Shown here in pieces: positions 46,871 to 55,508 of a stretch of 64,000 nucleotides of DNA (within the stretch, counting starts at the first letter, position 1; each line of letters starts with the position of its first letter). The notes beneath the pieces are model-generated. The model saw only the letters and a program-made list of their open reading frames with translations. It was not told the origin of the DNA and made no database searches. This stretch comes from Thermodesulfobacteriota bacterium (lineage in GTDB: Bacteria > Desulfobacterota_D > UBA1144 > Nemesobacterales > Mycalebacteriaceae). Location: positions 77,230 to 141,229 of the forward strand of contig CBDAQI010000004.1 of assembly GCA_965198945.1 (NCBI GenBank), in the 5' to 3' direction. The position numbers were made by a program, and so were the translations under genes.

Positions 46871-48133
46871 ATGGAATTCTTATACGACTCTGTTGCGGGA
46901 AAATCCGGCCCCTGGGGTTATGGGGTCCACCACGAAGAGATTCCCACACTTGAAAGGGCAAAAGAATTACTTGGCCCGAAAAACGATGAAATACGAAAAA
47001 AACGCAGCAGCGTTTATTACAATTCAAAAAACATCAGAATAAGAAGTCGCCTGCCGATTGGGATGCACGACAGATGTGAAGAATATGTTTTTGCGGGTGG
47101 AAAAATTCATGAAAAGGATGCCCGCCAGCTTAAAAAACATTTTCCCATACAGCTGAAAATTATTCGCCTTCCGGAACACACCATATGGGAAAATCAAACC
47201 TGTGATATAAGCAACAACCACAAAGACTGGACTGAGATAAGTCCCGAAAAGGAACTATATACCTATCTTCATGTTGATAAACTAGTCGTCGCACCCGGAG
47301 CAAGAATTGTTATTTACGGCAATGTGCTTGTTTTTCACTGTGGGGAAATAGTTCTGGATATGTCTTCATCCAAGAAAGATTATCCTGAAATGAAAATCCG
47401 GAGAATGCATGATTTTAGTGTTGATATCTTCGGAACGAAACACTCAGGGCTTGGCAGTGTTCGCCTCCTTCAGGCAAAAGACGGCAGACACGGATTTGAT
47501 GGCAGAAACCAAAATCAAGTGAATCCCGCTGATGATGTTGTTCCGAGCATTTTTGGCCCCTTGGATATTGAAAAATTATATGACTGTGATCAAAGCCGTA
47601 TTCATAAGCCCCGACCAAAAAATGGTGAAAACGGTTTTCGTGGTGAAGACGGTTCTGACGGACAAAACGGCGGCATGTTGCAGTTGGCGAATATAACGAT
47701 ACACAAATTAACAAATTTTCGGGACAGACGTTTCAGGATATTTGCCCAGGCCGGACAGGGACGAAATGGCGGCGATGGCGGCGATGGCGGCAACGGCGGA
47801 CTGCCTTCCAATATTTTTGTTCAAATCCCCCAAGCCTACTCTGATCGTCTTTCTTTAATTTCTCAGGCATCCGTGGGGGGCAGAGGAGGTCTTCCGGGTC
47901 AGGGAGGGCTTAAGGGGAAATCTTACAATACTGATACTGCGGAAAAAGTGCCGCGAAATGGAAAATCCGGGACGGCCGGAATAAACGGTAAAGACCGGGA
48001 GGCCGTGCCTATCTATGTCACGCACCAGACACAACAAATAAACAAGGAGGTTTCATATCTTGAGAAGGCGGTGGATCAAATAAAGAAAAAATTTGAACCG
48101 CAGAACGGGCAAGACGAGTTTCGTCTGTTGTGA
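46871..48133 (+). CDS. Glycine-rich protein 2, apparent paralog of protein 1
   Basis: GENGFRGEDGSDGQNGG, GRNGGDGGDGGNGG, GKSGTAGINGKD; same segment order as protein 1. Confidence 0.8.
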   Translation: MEFLYDSVAGKSGPWGYGVHHEEIPTLERAKELLGPKNDEIRKKRSSVYYNSKNIRIRSRLPIGMHDRCEEYVFAGGKIHEKDARQLKKHFPIQLKIIRLPEHTIWENQTCDISNNHKDWTEISPEKELYTYLHVDKLVVAPGARIVIYGNVLVFHCGEIVLDMSSSKKDYPEMKIRRMHDFSVDIFGTKHSGLGSVRLLQAKDGRHGFDGRNQNQVNPADDVVPSIFGPLDIEKLYDCDQSRIHKPRPKNGENGFRGEDGSDGQNGGMLQLANITIHKLTNFRDRRFRIFAQAGQGRNGGDGGDGGNGGLPSNIFVQIPQAYSDRLSLISQASVGGRGGLPGQGGLKGKSYNTDTAEKVPRNGKSGTAGINGKDREAVPIYVTHQTQQINKEVSYLEKAVDQIKKKFEPQNGQDEFRLL

Positions 48134-48152
48134 GCAATAGGAGAAATTTGAA

Positions 48153-48821
48153 ATGGCAAGAAAAATCTTTATGTCATATAAACATAGTGATAGTGACGTC
48201 CATCCTTTAAATGGCGAAACAACTGCTCGTGTATATGTTGACAATCTAATTGAATTGTTTGAAGGAGATGAAATTTACAAGGGAGAAGGAGATGAAGATT
48301 TGAGTGATTTTCAAGATGAGACTATTGCATCTCACTTGAGGGACAAAATATACGACTCCAGCATGACCATCATTTTAATTTCTCCGCAGATCAAAGACCC
48401 TGCCCAAAGAGACAGCGACCAATGGATACCCTGGGAAATTGCCTATTCTCTTAAGGAAATTACTCGGAATGACCGCACAAGCAAAACAAATGCTACGCTA
48501 GCAATTGTTTTGCCAGATGGAAACTCATCTTACACTTACTATCTTGAGGAAAATACTTGTCAGTCCTGTCATTGCAGACTTCTGAAAACTCACACTCTCT
48601 TTCAAATTATGAGAGATAATATGTTTAATCAAAAAAACCCTACTTATTCAGGCTGTCTGAATCATCCCTCAGGGACTGTTTATAAGGGAGATTCTTGCTA
48701 TATTTACTCAGTCAAGTGGTCTGATTTAATAAGTGATAAGGACAAATACCTTTGCACTGCTGAGCGTATAAAAGAGAACATTGGCGATTACAAGATAGTA
48801 AAGGAAGTTAAAGATGGATGA
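48153..48821 (+). CDS. TIR-domain protein (ThsB/DUF1863-like) 1
   Basis: RKIFMSYKHSD, KIYDSSMTIILISP, WIPWEIAYSL with catalytic Glu. Confidence 0.88.
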   Translation: MARKIFMSYKHSDSDVHPLNGETTARVYVDNLIELFEGDEIYKGEGDEDLSDFQDETIASHLRDKIYDSSMTIILISPQIKDPAQRDSDQWIPWEIAYSLKEITRNDRTSKTNATLAIVLPDGNSSYTYYLEENTCQSCHCRLLKTHTLFQIMRDNMFNQKNPTYSGCLNHPSGTVYKGDSCYIYSVKWSDLISDKDKYLCTAERIKENIGDYKIVKEVKDG

Positions 48822-49293
48822 CAAATCACAAGTAGTAAAACATCTTGAAATGATTCAAGGTGTTGTTAACCGCTTGAGTCATGATTTTTTTCTAATCAAA
48901 GGTTGGAGTATGACCTTGCTGGTCGGTGGGATAATTTTCATAACAAGAAATGAAATTCAAACTTATTGGTTTATCTGTGCATTTCTTATTCCCGTAATCG
49001 GCTTTTGGATTTTAGACGGATATTTTTTATGGCAAGAGCGTTTGTTTCGTGATGTCTATAACGACTTCAGAAAGAGAAAAATTACAGACTTTGAAATGAA
49101 TCCGATGAAGCATGAAAACAGTTGGGTTTTATTTGCTTTATGGATGATTACTCTTGGCAAGAAACATTCAGATAAGCCAAGACGTAGTTGGTTATCTTCA
49201 ATTTTTTCAGTAACGCTGAACATGTTTTATGGAATTGAGATTTTGTTTGTGGCAGGGGTATTTTTTATTCTCAAGTATCAAGGAAGTTATTGA
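48814..49293 (+). CDS. Multi-pass transmembrane protein, putative TIR-associated effector
   Basis: HLEMIQGVVNRL..DFFLIKGWSMTLL, FWILDGYFLWQERLFRDVY, SWLSSIFSVTLNMFY; 3-4 hydrophobic helices. Confidence 0.8.
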   Translation: MDDKSQVVKHLEMIQGVVNRLSHDFFLIKGWSMTLLVGGIIFITRNEIQTYWFICAFLIPVIGFWILDGYFLWQERLFRDVYNDFRKRKITDFEMNPMKHENSWVLFALWMITLGKKHSDKPRRSWLSSIFSVTLNMFYGIEILFVAGVFFILKYQGSY

Positions 49294-49296
49294 ACA

Positions 49297-49899
49297 ATGA
49301 GAAGGGTGTTTTTCAGTTTTGACTGGGATGATGTTTGGAGAGCAAATCAAGTTCGTAATAGTTGGGTTGCAAAAAGAAGTTATAAGATTGCGGGATTTAG
49401 AGACGTTGCTGAAATTGAAAAAGTTAAAAGACATTCAGACAAAGAAATAAAAAATTGGATAGACAAACAAATGAAAGGCACATCAGTTACTTGTGTTTTG
49501 ATTGGTAGCAAAACAAACAAAAGCAAGTGGGTGAAATATGAAGTAGAGAAAAGCATTGAAAAAGGAAACGGACTTTTTGGAATACTCATTCATAACTTGA
49601 AAAACCCTGAAGGGAAAACTGATAAACAAGGGGAAAATATGCTTGAAGAGTTTAACAAAGAAGAAAATTTCGGAGCAAAAGTCAAAAAAGCTTTTGTAGG
49701 CGGAGGTGTAGGGTTGTGGCTTGCAAGACTTGTATTTCCTCAATTTACCATTCCGTTGACTTTCATGGGTGCTGTTCTCGGATTAAGCAAATCAGATGAT
49801 AGTGGTGATGACTACAAAATTTATGATTGGTTTGACGATAATGGATATGAGAACCTCGGCGACTGGATAGAGAAGTCTGCCCAGCAGGTTGGAAGATAA
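49297..49899 (+). CDS. TIR-domain protein (ThsB/DUF1863-like) 2 with hydrophobic insertion
   Basis: RRVFFSFDWDDVWRANQVRNSW, IKNWIDKQMKGTSVTCVLIG, KWVKYEV, YDWFDDNGYENLGDWIE. Confidence 0.92.
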   Translation: MRRVFFSFDWDDVWRANQVRNSWVAKRSYKIAGFRDVAEIEKVKRHSDKEIKNWIDKQMKGTSVTCVLIGSKTNKSKWVKYEVEKSIEKGNGLFGILIHNLKNPEGKTDKQGENMLEEFNKEENFGAKVKKAFVGGGVGLWLARLVFPQFTIPLTFMGAVLGLSKSDDSGDDYKIYDWFDDNGYENLGDWIEKSAQQVGR

Positions 49900-49912
49900 T
49901 GGGAGGTTAGAG

Positions 49913-50413
49913 ATGGCACCAAAGAGGCAAGTTTTTTACAGTTTTCATTACCAACCGGATAGTTGGCGAGCCTCACAAGTTCGCAATATAGGTGTTGTTG
50001 AAGGGAATGAACCTGCTTCTGATAATGATTGGGAGAAAATCAAGAAAGGTGGTGAGAATTCGATTAAAAGATGGATAAACGAACAGATGAAATATAGGTC
50101 ATGCACTGTTGTTCTCGTTGGAACAAATACTGCAGATAGAAAATGGATTGATTACGAAATACGCAAGTCATGGAATGGTAATATGGGTGTTGTCGGCATA
50201 TACATTCATGGATTGAAAGACCAAGAAGGTCAATTATCTTTTCAGGGAAAGAATCCTTTTGATTTCATTACTTTTACATCTGGCAAAAAAATGTCTTCAA
50301 TAGTTAAGTGTTACAATCCTCAGGGATTGAACAGCAAAGAAAAATATGATTGGATTTCAAGGCATTTGTCTAATGCAATTGAAGAGGCTATTCGAATAAG
50401 GAGAGGTTATTAG
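49913..50413 (+). CDS. TIR-domain protein (ThsB/DUF1863-like) 3
   Basis: GGAGG RBS; RQVFYSFHYQPDSWRASQVRNIG, SDNDWE, IKRWINEQMKYRSCTVVLVG, RKWIDYEI, GKNPF. Confidence 0.93.
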   Translation: MAPKRQVFYSFHYQPDSWRASQVRNIGVVEGNEPASDNDWEKIKKGGENSIKRWINEQMKYRSCTVVLVGTNTADRKWIDYEIRKSWNGNMGVVGIYIHGLKDQEGQLSFQGKNPFDFITFTSGKKMSSIVKCYNPQGLNSKEKYDWISRHLSNAIEEAIRIRRGY

Positions 50414-50820
50414 TATTCAACCATGACATTATTTCTATGCCACTCTAAAGATGAAGGATCTGGCAAAGTTTTTGAGTGGGTGGAGAGTCTAATCTGTTTG
50501 CTTTTATAGGCGGCAAGTGATGAATTTTCTTTTATCTCTACGATTCTTTCTGGAACCAAAATGCAATATTTCTTGTCTATACAAAACATTCCTCTGTCAA
50601 AAGCCCAGTGATGTTTGCGGCAGGCATAGGGCAAGCCCGTTTCTAATATCATCCGTGCCAGAGCATCTTTTCGGCACAATCGGCACAATATGAGCGGCTT
50701 CAGTTTCATGAAATCTGGCTAAATCAACCAACGAGTCATTACACATGCAACATTGGTGGTCATACAGATTCAAAACAAGGTTGCGAAAATCGGCTGACCG
50801 TTTGACACTCCGCCCCTTTC
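50410..50820 (-). pseudogene. 5'-truncated, frameshifted HNH (HNH_2-type) restriction nuclease remnant
   Basis: RSADFRNLVLNLYDHQCCMC...EAAHIVP...GTDDIRNGLALC / RKHHWAFDRGMF...LEWHR; 4-bp duplication near 50620, 9-bp duplication at 50672-50689. Confidence 0.85.
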
Positions 50821-50857
50821 TATGGCATAATTCCCTGCTTCGCGCAGGGTAGTAACA

Positions 50858-51172
50858 ATGCAAGCAGTAATAAGAACAGGAAACAGGCAATACCTCGTCA
50901 AGCCGGGGGATGTTGTGGATATTGAGAAAATCGCCGGAAGCGCCGGTGATTCGGTGGGATTTTCCGATGTTTTGCTGGTTTCTGACGGTGAAGGTGAAGC
51001 GAAAGTCGGGGCTCCGGTTGTTGAGGGTGCGGAAGTCAAGGGCGAGATCCTGGCTCAGAAAAAAGGTACTAAAATCACCGTCTTTAAGTTCAAAAGACGC
51101 AAAGGATACAGACGAAAGGCCGGGCACCGGCAGAAATACACTTCGGTTCGTATAACCGACATCAAAGGATGA
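50858..51172 (+). CDS. rplU: 50S ribosomal protein L21
   Basis: AVIRTGNRQYLV, FKFKRRKGYRRKAGHRQKYT. Confidence 0.98.
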   Translation: MQAVIRTGNRQYLVKPGDVVDIEKIAGSAGDSVGFSDVLLVSDGEGEAKVGAPVVEGAEVKGEILAQKKGTKITVFKFKRRKGYRRKAGHRQKYTSVRITDIKG

Positions 51173-51189
51173 ACACGGGGTAAAAAACA

Positions 51190-51444
51190 ATGTCCACAAA
51201 AAAAGGCGGCGGAAGTTCAAAAAACGGAAGAGACTCGGCGGGAAAACGGCTCGGCGTTAAAAAATTCGGCGGACAGTCCGTCAAAGCCGGAAACATTCTT
51301 GTCAGACAAAGAGGGACAACTTTCCATGCGGGAGAAAATGTGGGAACCGGACGCGACTGGACACTTTTTGCGCTTGCGGACGGAGTTGTGAAATTCCGCA
51401 AAGGCAAAAGAAACACCGTTTCCGTCGTTGCACCTGCGGCGTAA
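51190..51444 (+). CDS. rpmA: 50S ribosomal protein L27
   Basis: [31 protein letters not shown]. Confidence 0.98.
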   Translation: MSTKKGGGSSKNGRDSAGKRLGVKKFGGQSVKAGNILVRQRGTTFHAGENVGTGRDWTLFALADGVVKFRKGKRNTVSVVAPAA

Positions 51445-51541
51445 ACTGAGAGGCTCCAGCCTCAACTCTCTCAAATTATTCTGCTGACCGCCACCGTTCA
51501 TTCGGTTATACTAACCAGCCACCCACCGGACGGGCGCCATT

Positions 51542-54163
51542 ATGACAGGAAGCGAAATAAGGGAAACTTTTCTTTCCTACTTTGAAGACAGGGGGCACAA
51601 AAGAACAAAAAGCTCTCCGCTTGTTTTCGCCCGTGACCCGACACTGCTTTTTACCAACGCGGGAATGGTACAGTTCAAGAATGTTTTTCCGGGAATTGAA
51701 AAATTCCCTTCCAAGCGAGCCGTTTCATCACAAAAATGCATGAGAGCCGGCGGCAAACATAACGATTTGGAAAATGTCGGATATACCGCCCGCCACCACA
51801 CTTTCTTTGAAATGTTAGGCAATTTCTCCTTTGGCGACTACTTTAAGGAAGATGCCGTGCGTTTTGCATGGGATTTAATGACGAACGTTTTCAAACTTCC
51901 CAAAAGCAAACTCTGGATCACCGTGCATGACAGCGACGACGAAGCGGCAGCTATCTGGGTAAAAGAGTCGGGCCTTGCCGAATCCCGTATTCTGAGGATG
52001 GGAGATGAAAGCAATTTCTGGTCAATGGGTGATACGGGGCCGTGCGGGCCGTGTTCCGAAATTCTCATAGACCAGGGTAAACAAGCCGGATGCGGGACAA
52101 AAGAGTGTGCTCCGGTCTGCGACTGTGACCGTTACCTTGAGCTGTGGAACCTTGTTTTTATGCAGTATGAAAGAGATGAGTCGGGCAAAATGACTGCTCT
52201 TCCCCACCCGAGCATAGACACCGGAATGGGTCTTGAAAGAATGACAGCCGTGATACAAAAAACGCCGAGCAACTATGAGACCGATTTGATTCGCCCGATA
52301 ATTTCATACATTGAGGAAATATCAAAAACAAAATACGGCGCCGGGGAAAATCCGGCTGACAGCGGCATGCGCGTTATTGCGGACCATGCCCGCGCGGCTT
52401 GCTTCCTTATCTGCGACGGGGTTTTCCCGTCAAACGAAGGCAGGGGATATGTATTGAGAAGGATTATAAGAAGGGCCGTGCGCCATGCAAAAAACCTCGG
52501 AATGAATGAGCCGTTTCTTTATAAAACCCCGGATGTGGTGGCCGCAGTGATGCGGGACGCCTATCCGGAACTTGCGGAAAAATCCGTTTTTATCTCAGAG
52601 ATTGTAAAAAGCGAAGAAGAAAGATTTTTTGAAACCGTGGACAGAGGGCTTGAGATTCTTGAAACCGAAGTGGAGAAACTCTCTCCGGGAGAGAATCTTT
52701 CGGGCGCAGCCGCTTTCAAACTTTATGACACATATGGATTTCCGCTTGATTTGACCCAGGATGTGCTCAGGGGAAGAAACATATCCGTTGATGAAAAGGG
52801 ATTTGAGACGGAGATGAAGAGGCAGAAAAAACAGTCCAGGGAATCATGGAAGGGCGGCTCCACAGAGTCCGCCGAAGCCGCGACTGATTACTCCACTCTT
52901 GTAGCCGAAGGTTTTTCCACCGATTTTACTGGTTATGGAATGACCGAAGGCACAGGCAGAGTTGTTTTCATGAGCATTCCGGACAGTGATGGTGAGGCGG
53001 ATATTGTTGCGGATTCAACGCCTTTTTATGCGAGTTCCGGAGGGCAGGTGGGAGACACGGGAACCCTCACCGCCGAAGGCTTTTCCGCAAAGGTTATTGA
53101 CACGACAAAACCTGCGGAGGGAATAATCAGCCACCGTGTCGTCATTGAAGAGGGAGCCGTATCCGCGGGAGACACGGTGCGCTTTTTTGTTGATAAAGAC
53201 CGCAGGCGCGCCGCTTCCGCCCATCACACCGTCACGCATATACTGCACTCCGTTTTGAAAGACAGGCTGGGCTCCCATATTGCCCAGGCCGGATCACTTG
53301 TGGCTCCTGACAGACTGCGGTTTGATTTTACTCATCATTCCCGCATAAGCGCTGAAGAAATTGAAGAGATTGAACTTGCGGTCAATGAAAAAATAGGAGC
53401 GGCTGGCGAGGTCATTACACGGGCGGACGTCCGATATGAGGATGCTTTGAAAGAGGGCGCGACCGCGATTTTTGAGGAAAAATACGGCGACAGAGTCAGG
53501 GTTGTTTCAATAGGTGATTACAGCGTTGAACTGTGCGGAGGCACTCATCTTGAAAATTCCGCCGCGGCGGGAATTTTCAAAATTGTCTCGCATTCAGCCT
53601 CAAGCGCGGGAGTGAGAAGAATGGAGGCCGTGTGCGGACGGGCGGCGCTTGAAAGAGTTCTGGAAAATGAAAAGAGAATCGCGCAAACGGCAGAGATTCT
53701 CGGAGTCGGTGCGCCCGATGTTGGCAAGAGTGTTGAAAAACTTCTGAAACAGAACGAAGAATTGAAAAAGAAGCTCGGAGATCTCAGAAAAACGGAGCTT
53801 TCAGACCGGATTAAGGATGTTATTTCGGGAGCGGATGACATAGGAGGTGTCGGATTTTTCTCTCTTCAGATTCCGGACTCGGGACCTGAAGAACTCAGAG
53901 AAGCCTGGGATGGAATCCGCGGGAAAATCAAAAGCGGAGTTGCCGTGCTCGGTGCGGAGCGTGGCGGAAAGGCTTTTATTCTTGTGGGTGTTACCAAAGA
54001 CCTTTCGGGAAGGTTCCATGCCGGTAAAATTGTTAAGGAAATTGCGCCGCTGGTGGGAGGCGGGGGAGGCGGCAAGCCCGCGCTTGCGCAAGCGGGCGGC
54101 GATAAACCCGCGGGAATTTCGGAAGCGATTGAAAAATCCGCGGAGATTTTGAAGTCTATTTAG
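51542..54163 (+). CDS. alaS: Alanine--tRNA ligase
   Basis: DPTLLFTNAGMVQFK, ARHHTFFEMLGNFSFGDYFK, DTGMGLER, HTVTH, ELCGGTH, GGGGGKP. Confidence 0.99.
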   Translation: MTGSEIRETFLSYFEDRGHKRTKSSPLVFARDPTLLFTNAGMVQFKNVFPGIEKFPSKRAVSSQKCMRAGGKHNDLENVGYTARHHTFFEMLGNFSFGDYFKEDAVRFAWDLMTNVFKLPKSKLWITVHDSDDEAAAIWVKESGLAESRILRMGDESNFWSMGDTGPCGPCSEILIDQGKQAGCGTKECAPVCDCDRYLELWNLVFMQYERDESGKMTALPHPSIDTGMGLERMTAVIQKTPSNYETDLIRPIISYIEEISKTKYGAGENPADSGMRVIADHARAACFLICDGVFPSNEGRGYVLRRIIRRAVRHAKNLGMNEPFLYKTPDVVAAVMRDAYPELAEKSVFISEIVKSEEERFFETVDRGLEILETEVEKLSPGENLSGAAAFKLYDTYGFPLDLTQDVLRGRNISVDEKGFETEMKRQKKQSRESWKGGSTESAEAATDYSTLVAEGFSTDFTGYGMTEGTGRVVFMSIPDSDGEADIVADSTPFYASSGGQVGDTGTLTAEGFSAKVIDTTKPAEGIISHRVVIEEGAVSAGDTVRFFVDKDRRRAASAHHTVTHILHSVLKDRLGSHIAQAGSLVAPDRLRFDFTHHSRISAEEIEEIELAVNEKIGAAGEVITRADVRYEDALKEGATAIFEEKYGDRVRVVSIGDYSVELCGGTHLENSAAAGIFKIVSHSASSAGVRRMEAVCGRAALERVLENEKRIAQTAEILGVGAPDVGKSVEKLLKQNEELKKKLGDLRKTELSDRIKDVISGADDIGGVGFFSLQIPDSGPEELREAWDGIRGKIKSGVAVLGAERGGKAFILVGVTKDLSGRFHAGKIVKEIAPLVGGGGGGKPALAQAGGDKPAGISEAIEKSAEILKSI

Positions 54164-54165
54164 AA

Positions 54166-55098
54166 TTACAGACGGCCGGTCGGCTCAATCCCGTGTTTTT
54201 CAAAAATTTTTCTGAGTTTTTTCAGTGCGGTCTTTTCTATCTGCCTGACCCTTTCCCTTGAAATACCGAATTTGTTTCCAATCGTGTCAAGCGTTTCTGG
54301 CTCTTCGCTCAGAATTCTCATTCTCACCACATAGTTTTCTCTCTCGCCGAGTTCTTCAAGCGCCTCCCCGATACGCGCTTGGACGATCCGTTTTGTTTGT
54401 TCGCGTTCAAACGCGGTGTCTTGGGCTTCCGAACTGTCTTCAAGAAAATCCAGATGCGCCTGCTCTCCTTCGTCATTAAGAGGGGAGTTAAGAGACATAT
54501 CTCTTGCGCCCATCACCATTTTCATTTCCGAAACGCTTTTTTCTGAAACACCGAGTTCACCGGCGATTTCAGAGTCCGCCACACTTTGTTTTTCCCCTTT
54601 CATTTTGCTGCTCGCGGAGCGCAGCTTATAAAAAAGTTTTCTCTGCTCCCTGCCCGTGCCTATTCTGACAAGACTCCATGTGTCCATTATGTGTTTTTGT
54701 ATGTAAGCCTTTATCCACCAGACGGCATATGAAATCAGCCTGTAGCCTTTTGTCGGGTCAAACCGTTTTACGGCATGCATAAGACCCAGATTGCCCTCCT
54801 GGATAATGTCCATAACGCCTATGCCGTAATTTTTGTATTCTCCGGCAACCTTTACGACAAATTTCAGGTTTGCGGCCACAAGTTTGCGCGCGGCGTCTAT
54901 GTCTCCCGTTTCCCTGTAACGAACGGCGAGCTCGCGCTCCTCTTCTCCCGACAGAACGGGGTTGGAAGATATTTCCGCCACATAGCGCTGAAGGGGCGAG
55001 GCGGGAGCAAGAGCCGAGGAGGCTGCCGAAGACTTTGATTTCTTATTTTTTCTCCGTGTTTTCCCTTCGTCCTTTATCTTTTCTTGACTGTTTTCCAT
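54166..55098 (-). CDS. rpoH: RNA polymerase sigma-32 factor
   Basis: DIIQEGNLGLMHAVKRFDP, YAVWWIKAYI, RpoH-box-like WSLVRIGTGREQRKLFYKLR, ISRERVRQIE. Confidence 0.9.
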   Translation of the reverse strand: MENSQEKIKDEGKTRRKNKKSKSSAASSALAPASPLQRYVAEISSNPVLSGEEERELAVRYRETGDIDAARKLVAANLKFVVKVAGEYKNYGIGVMDIIQEGNLGLMHAVKRFDPTKGYRLISYAVWWIKAYIQKHIMDTWSLVRIGTGREQRKLFYKLRSASSKMKGEKQSVADSEIAGELGVSEKSVSEMKMVMGARDMSLNSPLNDEGEQAHLDFLEDSSEAQDTAFEREQTKRIVQARIGEALEELGERENYVVRMRILSEEPETLDTIGNKFGISRERVRQIEKTALKKLRKIFEKHGIEPTGRL

Positions 55099-55129
55099 CG
55101 GATGTATAATTTAACACATCTTTGACAGT

Positions 55130-55205
55130 TCCGGTGTAGCTCAGCTGGCAGAGCGGGTGGCTGTTAACCACTAGGTCGTGGGTTCGAATCCCTCCGCCGG
55201 AGCCA
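55130..55205 (+). tRNA. tRNA-Asn(GTT)
   Basis: TCCGGTGTAGCTCAG...GTGG CTGTTAA CCAC...GGTTCGAATCCCTCCGCCGGAG CCA. Confidence 0.96.
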
Positions 55206-55223
55206 CTAAAGCCGGAAATATAG

Positions 55224-55508
55224 GTGAAAATCAAAATAGAATATTGTGTCAAATGCGGCTGGCTTCTCAGGGCGGGCTGGATGGCTCAGGAGTTGCTTTC
55301 CACATTTCCGGACGAAGTGGAAGAGCTTGCCCTTGCGCCTTCTTCGGGCGGAGTTTTCAGAGTTTTTGTCGGTGATGAAACGGTCTGGTCAAGAGAACAA
55401 AACGGCGGATTTCCTTCGGCTGCTGAACTGAAAAAATTAGTGAGAGACCGTGTCGCGCCCGGCAGGTTTCTGGGTCACACGGAAGGAAAAACGGAGACCG
55501 TTTTATGA
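55224..55508 (+). CDS. SelW/SelT/Rdx family redox protein (Cys form)
   Basis: IEYCVKCGWLLRAGWMAQELLSTF, GGVF, GGFP, LVRDRVAP. Confidence 0.92.
   Translation: MKIKIEYCVKCGWLLRAGWMAQELLSTFPDEVEELALAPSSGGVFRVFVGDETVWSREQNGGFPSAAELKKLVRDRVAPGRFLGHTEGKTETVL

Noticed and set aside
45571..48133. True collagen triple-helix proteins
   Set aside because: The Gly-X-Y runs are short, Pro-poor and interrupted by beta-strand-like segments.
50597..51220. 207-aa minus-strand ORF as a real gene
   Set aside because: Its first part is the antisense of rplU; only the last third is HNH remnant.
55084..55110. TTGACT...TATAAT promoter for tRNA-Asn
   Set aside because: The spacer is only 15 nt; plausible but not well enough supported to list.
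55224..55508. Selenoprotein (SelW-like or MsrB with UGA-Sec)
   Set aside because: Both have Cys codons at the redox positions and no in-frame TGA.
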